A stretch of 64,000 nt of DNA from Eledone cirrhosa (lineage: Eukaryota), in NCBI GenBank assembly GCA_964016885.1, contig OZ024741.1:161634001-161698000 (forward strand). The letters run 5' to 3'. The notes below the pieces were generated by a model that saw nothing but the letters and a program-made list of their open reading frames with translations, did no database searches and had not been told where the DNA came from. Made by a program: the position numbers and the translations under genes. Of the stretch, positions 46,900 through 59,741 are shown in pieces (position 1 is the stretch's first letter; the number at the start of each line of letters is the position of its first letter).

Positions 46900-47435
46900 T
46901 GCCTAATTTCTCATTTAGATCATTTATGTTTTGCTGTTCGTGTATACTGCTATTACACATCAATCGGAGCATGCATGCTTCATTTCTTTCCAATCTGCGC
47001 ACAGTGCCCAGGTCTCACTACCATGTAACATTGTTGTTTGTTTACAAGCATTGTATAATCTGCCTTTCCTTTTTAGGGAGAAACATTTTACGGCTAACAG
47101 TGGTATTAGCTCTCTGAACTTTTTCCATACCGTTCTAACTCTGGCTACTGTACTTTCAGAACACCCTCCTCCACTGCTGATTTTATCACCCAGGTAATGG
47201 AAAATGTCGACTATTTCTATAGAACTGTCTGGGCAATTGAAGGAGCTAGTATCCTGTGGCCACTTGCTATTTACTGCACCTGAGCATCGGCCACATATAA
47301 AACCTACATTCTTTGATAGCCTGCCTGTGATCCCACTACACCTATTATGTACCCATAGCTTGCAATTGGGACATAGAATGGAATTTCTACCTACTCCTTT
47401 CCTGCACACTGAGCAAGGCCATTTCCCAGTGGGAA
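46900..47435 (-). mobile_element. RTE-clade LINE fragment with PHD-like finger
   Basis: ORF 46960..47409, near-identical to 9515..10396; an older RTE 3' fragment lies at ~47500-47920. Confidence 0.9.
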
Positions 47436-47928
47436 ATACATACTAGAACTTTAGACAAGTTAACTGATTCTAGAATAAAGGATTAATCTTGAAAACAATA
47501 GTGAACTTTTTAAGGCTTTTTTCTCAATTAAAGAAGAACTGTCTCATCAGCCAACCCCATCTTCCCCTATCGCTATCATCCCTCCTCATGAATCCCTGGC
47601 TTTCATTTCCATCTTCACCACCTTTAACCATGTCTTTCTTGGTCTTTTCATTCTCTACTTCCTTTCATATTCTGAGATTAGCTCTCACCACTTTTTCCTA
47701 GGTTTTTTAGTCTTTCTTTTCTGCAGAAAACTTTCTAGCTGGAGCTCCTGGTACATCTTCCCCAAATGCTCATCATCTCTTTGAATTACATGTTCATATC
47801 AGTGCAATCTTCTCTCTTGCTATACACAACATCCGATTCCTCTTACGACCAGTTTTTCTTTCAATTCATCTGTGCTTTGTCATTCATTACATATCCAATC
47901 CAACAAAATATGTTACTATACAATTGTT

Positions 47929-48145
47929 TTAACCCTTTAATGTTCAAACCTGCCAAAACCGGCCAGAATTCTCTATCCCTTTCTGTTGAAACTGGTTGTA
48001 ACTGGTCGCTCAAACTGATGTTAAGGTATTGTTCTCAAAATAAATACTTTCAAAATCTCATAGATTTGATATTATGTGAGATAATTATGCAAGGTAAAGC
48101 CTTTACCATGAAAATATAATAGTATATATAGAGTAATGTGAACGC
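47929..48145 (+). repeat. TTAACC-started dispersed repeat (MITE-like); second copy at 63774-64000
   Basis: Shared GGCCAGAATTCTCT, CAAAATCTCAT, ATTATGTGAGATAATTATG and AGTATATATAGAGTAATGT. Confidence 0.6.
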
Positions 48146-49322
48146 TATTCTGTCTGCTTTTCCCCACTTCCTCTACTCCATTCCACATTCATTTGTATTA
48201 CTCCTCTCACCCAGTCACTTTCATCCTTCCTCAATACATGATTCATCCATCTCATTCCATTTCCCTCTAACTTAAAAAAACATAAATATTTATGAAAAAA
48301 AAAAAATGAATAAATAGAAAAATTGAGTAGAACAGTAATAGACTTACCTGGCAATTTCAGGAGTACAGGTGGTTGCATATAGTTATCTAAATCAGAGGTA
48401 GTGTTTTTGTAAAGAATGCGAACAAAGTATTTTTTTAATGTGTTTTCATGAAGTTCTACAATCAGTGTCGAAGCATAAGGAGGCATTATGTTATTGAAAA
48501 TCTTCAATGTATGAGTGACAGCTGCAACAGTTTTATCATGCTGAAAAACAACAACAAAGTTAAAGATAAATGTATCGCAGTAGTTGGTAAATGAAGAGAG
48601 ACCATGTAAGGTAAGATAAGATTGGGTAGAGAAGAATATTTAGTCTTGTTGAAGTCATAACAGTCCCTCTAGTGTAGGTGCCATGATATAATTGTTTCTA
48701 CTTTTGGCACAAGGCCAGCAATTATCCCAGTGCATTACTGGTACTTTATTTTATCAACTCCGTAAGGATGAAAGGCAAAGTTAACCTCAGCGGGATTTGA
48801 ACTCAGAATGTAAAGGGTCGTAACTATGTTGCAAAGCATGGTCCCCGGCACTCTACTGATACTGCCAATCCACCACGTACCCAGTACACTTGGTGTTAGG
48901 AAGAGCAACCAGTCTCAGAAACCACACAAAAAGGCTTTTCAGTCACAGTGAGGACATGGCAACCTCACTATTATTAGTACCATGAGAAAATGCACAGAAT
49001 GCATTCTGTAAAGTGACTGACAAATGAACGGAGAGAACACTCTTTGGTTTTGTCAAGGATATGATAACCTCTCTAGTGTTGGTGGCAGGATAAAATGCAC
49101 TCAGTACACTAAAGAGGTATTAGGAAAAGCATCCAGTTATAGAAAGGATGCCCTAAATGAAACATATGAATGAGATGATGATGATGATGATGACGATGAC
49201 GATGATAATAATAATAATAATAATAATGAAATTATTGTGTAAAGTGCTCAGGTGCACTACAACTCGTCAATATAGTACATAGAATAATACACAAATGTCA
49301 GGGAAGTACATGTGTGTATGTG

Positions 49323-52150
49323 TTAGCTGTTCTGTTGGCGGATCTCGGGAAGCATGGAGGCCTTAAAGGATGCAGTGTCTCGACAGCTAACAACTGATGC
49401 AGGTAGTTTGTTCCATGCTTCAGCAACTCTGAGCGTGAAAAAATGTTTCCGAAAGTCACGGGAACTGTGCTGTTTTCTTACTTTGTGGGCATGTCCACGT
49501 GTGTTAGACACATGGAAATCGAAAAGGTACTCAGGGTTGTTGTTGGCAACATGGTTAACAATTTTGTGGGTGTTTACCAAGTCAGTTGCGAGGCGTCGGA
49601 GCTTCAATGAATCCATGCCCAGGGAAGCAAGGCGCTCAGAGTATGGTAGATGCCTGATGGAGGGTATTCGCTTGGTTGCACGTCTCTGAACAGTTTCCAG
49701 GCGGTCAATGTCCTGAGCAAGATAGGGGTTCCAGACTGGTGATGCAAATTCTAAGTGTGGTCGCACCATAGCTGTATACAGCCTTAAATAGATATCTGGA
49801 GAGCGGCTGACAAAGGTCTTGCTGAGTGATGCTAAGACACCCTCGGCCCTCTTGACAATTTTAGAGACGTGCCTCGTCCAACGCAAATCGCTGCTGACCG
49901 TAATGCCCAGGTCACGTTCACAGGAAGACTTCTTGATATTAGTGCTGTGGAGGGAGTATGTGGACACTGGGTTTTTACTCCCAAAATGCATGGTGGTGCA
50001 CTTGTCAACAGCTAGCTTGAGTTGCCAGTTTGAGATCCACTGTTGCATTGTGTCCAGGTCAGACTGCAAGCAAGATCTATAGTGTTCAGGATCTGTCCTT
50101 TCTATCTCAAGGTACAGCTTGATGTCGTCTGCGTACTTTAGTACTGTGGCATTCCTTAAGTTGGCATCTATGTCATTAATATATGCCACAAACAAAAGGG
50201 GGCCAAGAACAGATCCCTGAGGTACACCAGATGACATTTCATATGGTGAGGAATGCTGTCCCAGAACCGTGACTACCTCTCTTCGACTGAGAATGAAAGA
50301 CTTCAACCAGTTAAAAAGATCATCCCTCACACCCATTGCAGAGAGTTTTGCCATAAGCCTTTTGTGTGGCACAGAATTGAAGGCCTTCGCAAAGTCAAGG
50401 TAAACAACATCCACCCATGAGCCGCCATCAGTGATCTGGGTGATGTCCTCAAGAAACTCTATAAGTTGATCACAGCAGCTGGAGTTGGGGATAAATCCAA
50501 ATTGCGAGGGCCGGATAAGACTGTGAGAGCTCCAGAAGTTCCAAAGTGTTTCTCTGACACAGGATTCCATCAGTTTGGCGATGCAACTAGTAAGACTGAC
50601 TGGACGATAGTTCACAGGTGATGTGCGGTCACCCTTTTTGAACAGAGGAATGACACTGGAAGTTTTCCACTGTTCTGGAGTAGCACTGTTGTTCAGACAG
50701 AATTGGAAGAAGCGTGATAACTGGTGTAGAAGGAAGTACCCACCACGTTTAAGAAGCAGGTACGTAACACCATCAAGACCAGGAGAGGCATGGTTGCGTT
50801 TATTTTTTAGGTGACGTCGCAGCATTGCAGGTGTAAATTCCACGGTTGTAATAGAGTCCGGTGTCATAGGTGGTGGAGATGGTACACTCTGGTCTTCAAT
50901 GGTGAAAATGCCTGCATAGCATTAAGCAATGAGCTCTGCACATTCCTTGGGGTCATCAGTAACCTGGCTTGTGTGGGGATTGCGAAGAGGACCAACTGGA
51001 GAGTGAGGCCTCTGCTTTGAGTGAACATACTTCCAGAACACCTTACTGTCAGGGCTGGTTGCTATGCGCTGCTCAAATTGAAGCACTGCCTTTTTTGTCA
51101 CCTGTTTGAGGTGGTTGGACGATCTATTTCGCCTCTTCCTATTAATGTCTGATTTGTGAAGTTTGTACTCACGTTCAGCATTGCGCCGTTCTTTTCTGGC
51201 AAGACGGACTGCTGCAGTCTCCCAAATTGCGCTTTTGGGATGTTTTTTCCGCTTACGTGGCACCGATACTGCACATGCTGTCCATATTGAGCTCAGGATG
51301 TTCTGGAGTACAGTGTTGACATCTCCAGAGTCATAGAACTCAAGCCAGTTTGGCCGTTGCAACTCGGTGCAGTAACAGTTCCAGTCTGCTTTATTCCAGT
51401 CAAAGTGAGCAGTTTGGAGATGGTTGTGGTTCTTGTTACTGCCCATGAGGGATAGATTGGCAATGATCATAGCATGATCAGAGTCACCTAAAGGTTCCTC
51501 AGCAGTAACACTAATGACCGTTTCAGGAGTAGTGGTGAAGAGTAGGTCCAAAGTGTTGTCACCTCTCGTTGGGGAGGTGACCACCTGGGACCAACTCGAG
51601 TCCAGCACCAGCTCAAGGAAGTCATTTGCACTTGGCGGCCAACGAAAGGTCTCCCAGTCAATCTCAGGGTGATTGAAGTCACCTGCAATGAAAACATAAG
51701 TGGCTGTCTTCCTGGCAGCAGCTCTGAGGATATCACAAAGTTGAGTGTCCTGATGGTAATTTGGGGGACGGTAAACGACTCCAAGTAGCAGTGTTGACAT
51801 GGTCATACGTATATCGCAGAAAAAACTTCCTGCTGTGATTGGTTCAAATCAGCACAAGGAATTGCCGACAGATTTGACCGAACGTAGACCATTACACCAC
51901 CACCACGACGATTAATACGGTCTTTACGAAACAGGTTGTAGCCAGTCATGCTGAAAACCCCATCACAGAGTAAGGGATGTGCCCAAGTTTCCGTGACTGT
52001 AATGAAGTCCGGGTTGATACTTTTGACGTAGGAGTCAAAAAGATGAATCTTATTGCATAGACTACGTGCATTCAAGGACAACAGTTTGTACTTTGATTCC
52101 AGTCTATGATTATGTGCAGGGGATGGCAGGTTGTTCTGATTTAGTTTCCC
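49323..52150 (-). pseudogene. CR1 ORF2 (AP endonuclease plus RT); frameshift near 51820 and in-frame stop at 50922
   Basis: NARSL, TETW, GGGV, VYRPP, GDFN, LDL, SDH; NYRPVSL, DFAKAF, GVPQGSVLGP, YADD, DLGI. Confidence 0.93.
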
Positions 52151-53373
52151 AGAGCTTTTTCAGTTTCTTTATTGTCAGTTGTTGTGGGTTCAGTGTTTTC
52201 AGACCAGCTGGTGTCTCTTTTCCATGATTCGCCAGCCTTAACAAACTTCCATATCTGCCCATCATCTCATAGGCTGAAGCTTTCATGTTCTGCCGAGCTG
52301 CGGTTTAGGGAAGCTGCAGCACGCAACTTTGGGCGGACATCAGGTGGAAGACCAGGACGTGTTCGGAAAGCAATCCGACTTTCACGCCTAGCTTTATCAG
52401 AGGCTACAAGGTATGAACGTGCCTCAGTTGAGTTTGAAAACAACAGTCTAATTAACTTGGGTTTCGGGCCTGGTCGGCCAAGGCGTAGAGCACCCTTTGC
52501 GGGAGCACAGCCCAGGTCTTTGGATGAACTGGCAGCAAATGCCTGAAGATCAACTATGTCTTCCGGCACACCAATGGCAATCACTTCGTGGTTTGCAGAT
52601 TCAGTGGCATTCTCAATGCGTCTAGGTTCAACATGAGGTACGCGGAGATTTTTTAACAAGGCACTCCAGTAAGATCCCTCATTGTGGGGTTCTACACGAA
52701 CGCTTGATTTTATTTCCGCTATTTCTTGACTTAAAGCGGAAATCATTTGCCGTATTTCCTCAAACTCCGTATTGACGGTCGGTTTTTGTTGTTCTTCTTC
52801 TCCTTCAACAGGCATGGTAGAAGACACAGTCGTCGGTTGTTGTTGTTGAAAAGTAACGGGTGAGGAAGACATGGGTTGCTGTTGTTGATGAAGTCCTTCA
52901 ACGGGGGTAGTAGCAGAAGCTACGGTTGTTGGTTTTTGCTGTTGTTCAGGGACAATGGTAGAGGAAGACACGATCCTCAGTTTTTGTTGTTGTTCAGGAA
53001 CAATGGTAGAAGACACGATCTTCGGTCTTTGTTGTTGTTGTTGTTCCGCAGCAATGGGAGAAGCAGGCATACAGTCCAGGCACTGAAAGGACCAGTTTGT
53101 TAGCTGGACCATCTCCCAGAGTCTATCCATCGTAGCAATATGATGTTTCTTATTTTGGCCTGGGATCTTCCGGAAGCCTGTGGCGCATTGAAGGCAGACA
53201 GAGATGCGACAGGTTCCACATTCGACCCAACGATTACGGAACGAGTTTTCGGGTTCCGTACAGATATGGCAGGTGTGATCTTCCGGGCAATGTTCTATTT
53301 TTGGACATCGACCAGTTTTGTCGCATACTTCATCGATGGATATCACCATGGCAATTTTGTTATTTCTACCCAT
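52141..53373 (-). pseudogene. CR1 ORF1 (PHD-like finger, Gln-rich repeats, coiled coil); premature TGA at 52267-52269
   Basis: ATG at 53373 (MGRNNK); CHIC..WVECGTC..CLQC..W.FQCLDC; the frame continues past the TGA to ..KALGN* (TAA at 52141-52143). Confidence 0.8.
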
Positions 53374-53979
53374 CCGTAGAAAAACACAGAATGTAAACAA
53401 TATAGGATTAGCGCACTTGATTACGATAGAAATAAAATGTCTGTTTTTTTGTGTATTTTGTTTCCGTTTTCCTAAATGTTGTGTGTGTACAGAAGAGTCT
53501 GTGCATGTAAACAAATAAATATGCTGCGTAAGTTAAATGAAACGTACTGTTTTTTTTTTTTTTTTTTTTTTTTTCCCCTGATACTGCTTCTTTATAGTAA
53601 ACTTAGATCAGATCAGATGAATGTGTCTTGCTCATACAGAACTGATTTTTGTTTGGTTTCTATGGCTGGATGCCCTTCCTAATGCCAACCACATTTACTG
53701 AGCGGACTGGGTGCTTTTTATCATGACACCTACATGACAACTTTACAATGTGGACTGGGTGATTTTTGTTGTGGAACCAAAAATGACCACTTTACAGTGT
53801 AGGTTGGGGGCTGGGATGAGGAAGGTGTATGGAGATTGGAGTGGTAGATTAGGGTGGGGTGTTAGGATATGGGAGATGTATGGAAGGGGGAGTGTGAGGT
53901 ATGGGAAAGAGGTGCATACTAGGTGCACATGAGAAGGCAGGCATTCTGCATAATGCCAGAGATCTCAATCCTGTGAGAG

Positions 53980-54960
53980 CTTTAATTGTGCAAGGTCAGC
54001 TTTTATCACCTCATGCCAAGTCTTCCTACTTCATATATTCCATCAACTTTGAGCATCCTGCACTTTTTATTTAGCTGTCATCTTTCATACGCACCATATG
54101 TCCATACCAATGCAATATCCTCTCCTGCACACTGTATCGGATCCTTCTTATGCCAAGTTTGTCTTTCAGTTCATTTATGCTTTGCCATTCATGTATATTA
54201 CTATTACACATCCATTGAAGCATGCCAGCTTAATTTCTTTCCAATCTTTGCAGATCCTCTGCAACCAGGTCTCATTACCATGTAACATTGCTGTTCGTAT
54301 ACACACATCATACAATCTGCCCTTCATTTTGAGGGAAAAACCTTCGGTAGTTATCAGCAGTAATAGTTCCCTGAACTTTTTCTATCCTGTTCTCACTTTG
54401 GCTACTGTATTTTTGGTACACCTACCTCTACTGCTAATTTGGTAACCCAAGTAACAAAAACTGTTAACTGCTTCTATGGAACCTTCCAAGAATTTGATAG
54501 CATTTGTTTCCTGTGAGTGTTTGTTATTTACTGCTCTTGTGCAATGGCCACATGTAAAACCTATGCTCTTAGATCCCACTACATGTCTTGTGTACCCATC
54601 GCTTGCATTTGGGACAGAGGGTGAAATTTCTACCCACCCCTTTCCTACACACTGAGGAGAGCCATTTCCTAGAAGGGTTCAGGGCTTCATTTTCCTTACT
54701 ACTTACTAGAATTTTGGTCTTTGCCAAGTTGACTTTAAGACCTTTTGATTCCAGTTTATGCTTCCAGGTCAGGAATTTTATCTCTAGTTCTGTCATAAAT
54801 TCAGCTATGAGAGTTAGATTATCAGCATACAGGATTTCCCATGGGCATCCTGTTTTAAATTCTTCTGTTACAGACTGAAGGACGATAATAAACAGGAGAG
54901 GGCTAACGACGGAGTCTTGGTGGACCTCTAGAAGGGTAGTAACTCCAATGATAACTGATT
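53980..54960 (-). mobile_element. RTE-clade LINE RT fragment with PHD-like finger
   Basis: HQDSVVSPLLF, LYADNL, GLKVNLAKTK, CRKGVGRN..CPKC..HKTC, FCYLG. Confidence 0.9.
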
Positions 54961-55244
54961 CAGATATTGATAAACCATCCAACTTATGCCAGCATAGAAA
55001 GTGGGCAATGACAATGAATAATTATAGTGTTAGACAAAATGTTTTGTGATAGTTAGTTATGGCCTTTTACATTTTAAGTTCAAAACCTGCTGAGTTAAAA
55101 TATCAGGATGGAGTTGTTGTTTAGACACAGGTCAATTTAGTTGCTACTTCTAGCAGATCTAGTTATCACACTGAAACACCAACCCCAACAATTGGCTCAT
55201 ATAGTAAGAGCAATTCAATTTTCAAGGAGAGAATTTACAGATCA

Positions 55245-55685
55245 TAGAATAATAATAATAATAATGAAATTATTGTGTAAAGTGCTCATCAAAGGTGTAT
55301 GTATATATAGTACATAGAATAATACACAAATGTCAGGCAAGTGAATAGTGTATGAGTCATGGTATACATGTGTGTATGTGTATGGAGGGGGAACATTAGG
55401 TGTAGTGTTGGTGGATCTCGGGAAGCATGGAGGCCTTAAAGGATGCAGTGTCTCGACAGCTAACAACTGATGCAGGTAGTTTGTTCCATGCTTCAGCAAC
55501 TCTGAGTGTGAAAAAATGTTTCCGAAAGTCATGGGAACTGTGCTGTTTTCTGACTTTGTGGACATGCCCACGTGTGTTAGACACATGGAAATCAAAAAGG
55601 TACTCAGGGTTGTTGTTGGCAAGATGGTTAACAATTTTGTGGGTGTTTACCAAGTCAGTTGCCAGGCGTCGGAGCTTCAATGAAT
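55245..55685 (-). mobile_element. CR1 3' fragment (family of 49175-53549)
   Basis: ORF 55396..55719 is near-identical to the ORF2 C-terminus; full 3' UTR present. Confidence 0.92.
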
Positions 55686-58600
55686 TGTCAAAAATGGAGT
55701 GTGAGACAGAATAAAACAAACAGATATGGTTGTGTGGTTAAGGAGTTAATTTAACAACCAGTTGGTTCTAGTTTCAGTCCTGCTGCATGGCATCTTGGGC
55801 AAGTGTCTTTTGCTATGGAGTCAGGATGACCAATATCTTATGAAGGAAATTATGTACAGAAATATTTTATGCATGTGTGTTGGTGGTCCAAGGGTGTGCT
55901 AGAAATAGCAGCTAAATAGGGGGAGCCTCATGGTGGTCTATAGGTGTACTAGAAATAGCAGCTAAACAAGGGGAACCTCATATTGGTCCATATCTGTGCT
56001 AGAAGTAGCAGTTAAATAAAGGACTCTCATGGTGGTCCAAAGGTGTGCTAGAAATAGCAGTAATGAGATTGAAGCACATATTGGTCCACAGGTGTGCTAG
56101 AAATAGCAGCTAAATAGGGGGAGCCTCATAGTGGTCTATAGGTGTGCTAGAAATAACAGCTAGATAGGAGAAACACATGGTGGTCCATATGTTTGCTAGA
56201 AATAGCAGCTAGATAGGGGAACATCATAGTGGTCCATAAGTATGCTAGAAATAGCAGCTAAAAAAGGGGGAACCTCATGGTGGTCAATATGTGTACTAGA
56301 AATAGCAGCTAAATAGTGGAAATCTCTTGGTGGTTCATACATGTGCTAGAAATAGCAGCTACATAAGCTAACCATATGTATGCTAGAAATAGCAGCTAGT
56401 TTAAAGGGAACCTCATGGTTGCCCATATGTGTGCTAGAAATAGCAGCTAAATAATCTGAACCACATGGTGGTCCACAAGTGTGCTAGAAATAGTAGCAAA
56501 ATAGGGTATAGCTCATAATGGTACATAGTTGTATAAGAAATAGCAGCTAAATAAGGGGAACCTCATGGTGGTCCATAGGTGTGCTAGAAATAGCAGCAAC
56601 ATAAGCTAGACGGGTGAACCTCATGGCGGTCCATATGCGTGCTAGAAATAGCAGCTAAATAGAAGAAACTTATGGCGGTCCATAGGTGTGCTAGAAATAG
56701 CAGCTGGATAGGGGGACCCTCATGGTGGCACATGGGTGTGTTAGAAATAGCAGCTACATAAGCTAAACAGGGGGAACCTCATGGCGGTCCATATGTGCTA
56801 GAAATAGCAGCTAAATAAAGGGAACCTCATGGTGGTCCGTAGGTGTGCTAGAAATAGTAGCTAAATAGAGGGAACATCATGATGGTCAATAGGCGTGCTA
56901 GAAATAGCAGCTAAATTGGGGAAACACATGGTGGTCCATAAGTATGCTAGAAATAGCAGCTAGAGTGAGGAACCTCATGGTGATCCATAGGCATGCTAGA
57001 AATAGCGGCTAAAGAGGAACCACATGGTGGTCCATAGGTGTATAAGAAATACCAGCTACATAAGCTAAAAAGGGGGAATGTCACGGCGGTCCATATGTGA
57101 GCTAGAAATAGCACCTAAATAAAATGAACCTCATGGTGGTCCATAGGTGTGCTTGAAATATCAGCTACTTAATCTAAACAGAGGCAACCTCATGGTGGTC
57201 CATAGGTGTGCTAAAAATAGCAGCTACATAAAGAGAACATCATGGTGGTCAATAGGTATGCTAGAAATAGAAGCTAGATAAAGGAAACTGCATGGTGGTC
57301 CATAGGTATGCTAGAAATAGCAGCTAGATAAGGTAAACTGCATGGTGGTCCATAGGTATGCTAGAAATAGTAGCTAAATAGGAGGAACCTCATGGTGTTC
57401 CATAGATGTGCTAGAAATATTAGCTACATAAGCTAAATAGGGGGAACTTCATGGCGGTCCATGTGTGTGTTAGAAATAGCAGCTAGATAGGGGAAATCTC
57501 GTGATGGTCCATATGTGTGCCTGAAATAGCAGCTACATCACCTAAACAGAGGGAACCTGATGATGGTCCATAGGTGTGCTAGAAATAGCAGCTACATTAT
57601 CTAACAGGGGCACCCTCATGGTGGTCCATAGATATGCTAGAAATAGCAGCTAAATAGGGGGAACCTCATGGTGGTCTATAGGTGTGCTAGAAATATTAGC
57701 TACATCACCTAAGCAGGGGGAACCTGATGCTGGTCCATAGGTGTGCTAGATAGCAACTGAGTAGGTTGAACCACATAGTGGTCCATTGGTATGTTAGAAA
57801 TAGCAGCTAAATAGGAGGAATCTCATGGTGGTCCATAGGTGTGTTAGAAATAGCAGCTAGATAGGGGAACCTCATAGTGGTCCATAAGTATGCTAGAAAT
57901 AGCAGCTAAAAAAGGGGGAACCTCATGGTGGTCAATATGTGTACTAAAAATAGCAGCTAAATAGTGGAAACCTCATGGTGGTTCATACATGTGCTAGAAA
58001 TAGCAGCTACATAAGCTAACCATATGTATGCTAGAAATAGCAGCTAGTTTAAAGGGAACCTCATGGTTGCCCATATGTGTGCTAGAAATAGCAGCTAAAT
58101 AATCTGAACCACATGGTGGTCCACAAGTGTGCTAGAAATAGTAGCAAAATAGGGTATAGCTCATGGTGGTCCATAGTTGTATAAGAAATAGCAGCTAAAT
58201 AAGGGGAACCTCATGGTGGTCCATAGGTGTGCTAGAAATAGCAGCAACATAAGCTAGACGGGTGAACCTCATGGCAGTCCATATGCGTACTAGAAATAGT
58301 ATCTAAATAGAAGAACCTTATGGCGGTCCATAGGTGTGCTAGAAATAGCAGCTAGATAGGAGGAACCTCATGGTGGTCAATAGGTGTGCGAGAAATAGCA
58401 GCTGGATAGGGGGACCCTCATGGTGGCACATAGGTGTGTTAGAAATAGCAGCTACATTAGCTAAACAAGGGGAACCTCATGGCGGTCCATGTGTGCTAGA
58501 AATAGCAGCTAAATAAAGGGAACCTCATGGTGGTGCATAGGTGTGCTAGAAATAGCAGCTAAATAGAGGGAACACATGGTGGCCCTTAAGTATGCTAGAA

Positions 58601-59741
58601 ATAGCAACTAGAGTGAGGAACCACATGGTGATCCATAGGCATGCTAGAAATAGCTGGCTAAATAGGGGGAACCACATGGTGGTCCATAGGTGTATAAGAA
58701 ATAGCAGCTACATAAGCTAAACAGGGGGAATGTCACGGCGGTCCATATGTGAGCTAGAAATAGCACCTAAATAAAATGAACCTCATGGTGGTCCATAGGT
58801 GTTCTTGAAATATCAGCTACTTAAGCTAAACAGGGGCAACCTCATGGTGGTCCATAGGTGTACTAGAAATATCAGCCAAATAGAGGGACACTCATAGTGG
58901 TCCATAGGTGTTTTAGAAATAGCAGCTATATAAAAGGAATATCTTGGTGTGCTAGAAATATCAGCCAAATAAGGGAACCTCATGGTGCTCCATATGTGTG
59001 CAAAAAATAGCAGCTACATAAAGAGAACATCATGGTGGTCAATAGGTGTGCTAGAAATAGCAGCTAGATAAAGGAAACCACATGGTGGTCCATAGGTATG
59101 CGAGAAATAGCAGCTAGATAAAGTAATCTGCATGGTGGTCCATAGGTATGTTAGAAATAGCTGCTAGATAGAGGGAACCTCATGGTTGTCCATAGGCATG
59201 CTTGAAATAGTAGCTAAATAGGGGGAACATCATGGCGTTCCATAGATGTGCTAGAAATAGCAGCTACATTAGCTAAACAGGGAGAACCTCATGGCGTTTC
59301 ATATGTGTGCTAGATATAGCAGCTAAATAAATGGAACTTCATGGTGGTCCATAGGTGTGCTAGAAATATGAACTAAATAGGGGGAACCTGATGGTGGTCT
59401 ATATGTGTGCTAGAAATAGCAGCTAAATAGGGGGAACCTCATTGTGGTCCATAAGAGTGCTAAAAATATTAGCTACATTAGCTAAACAGGGGGAACTTCA
59501 TGGCGGTCCATATGTATGTTAGAAATAGCAGCTAAATAGGGGAAATCTCGTGATGATCCATATGTGTGCTAGAAATAGCAGCTACATTATCTAACAGGGG
59601 CACCCTCATGGTGGTCCATAGATGTGCTAGAAATAGCAGCTAAATAGGGGGAACCTCATGATAGTCCATAGGTGAGCTAGAAATAGCAGAAAAATAGGGG
59701 AACCTCATGGTGGTCTATAGGTGTGCTAGAAATATTAGCTA

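Larger units (their letters stand above)
49175..53549 (-). mobile_element. Full-length CR1-group LINE, near intact
   Basis: 5' UTR, PHD-finger ORF1, APE-RT ORF2, short 3' UTR and (ATT)n(ATC)n tail; only three visible coding lesions. Confidence 0.95.
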
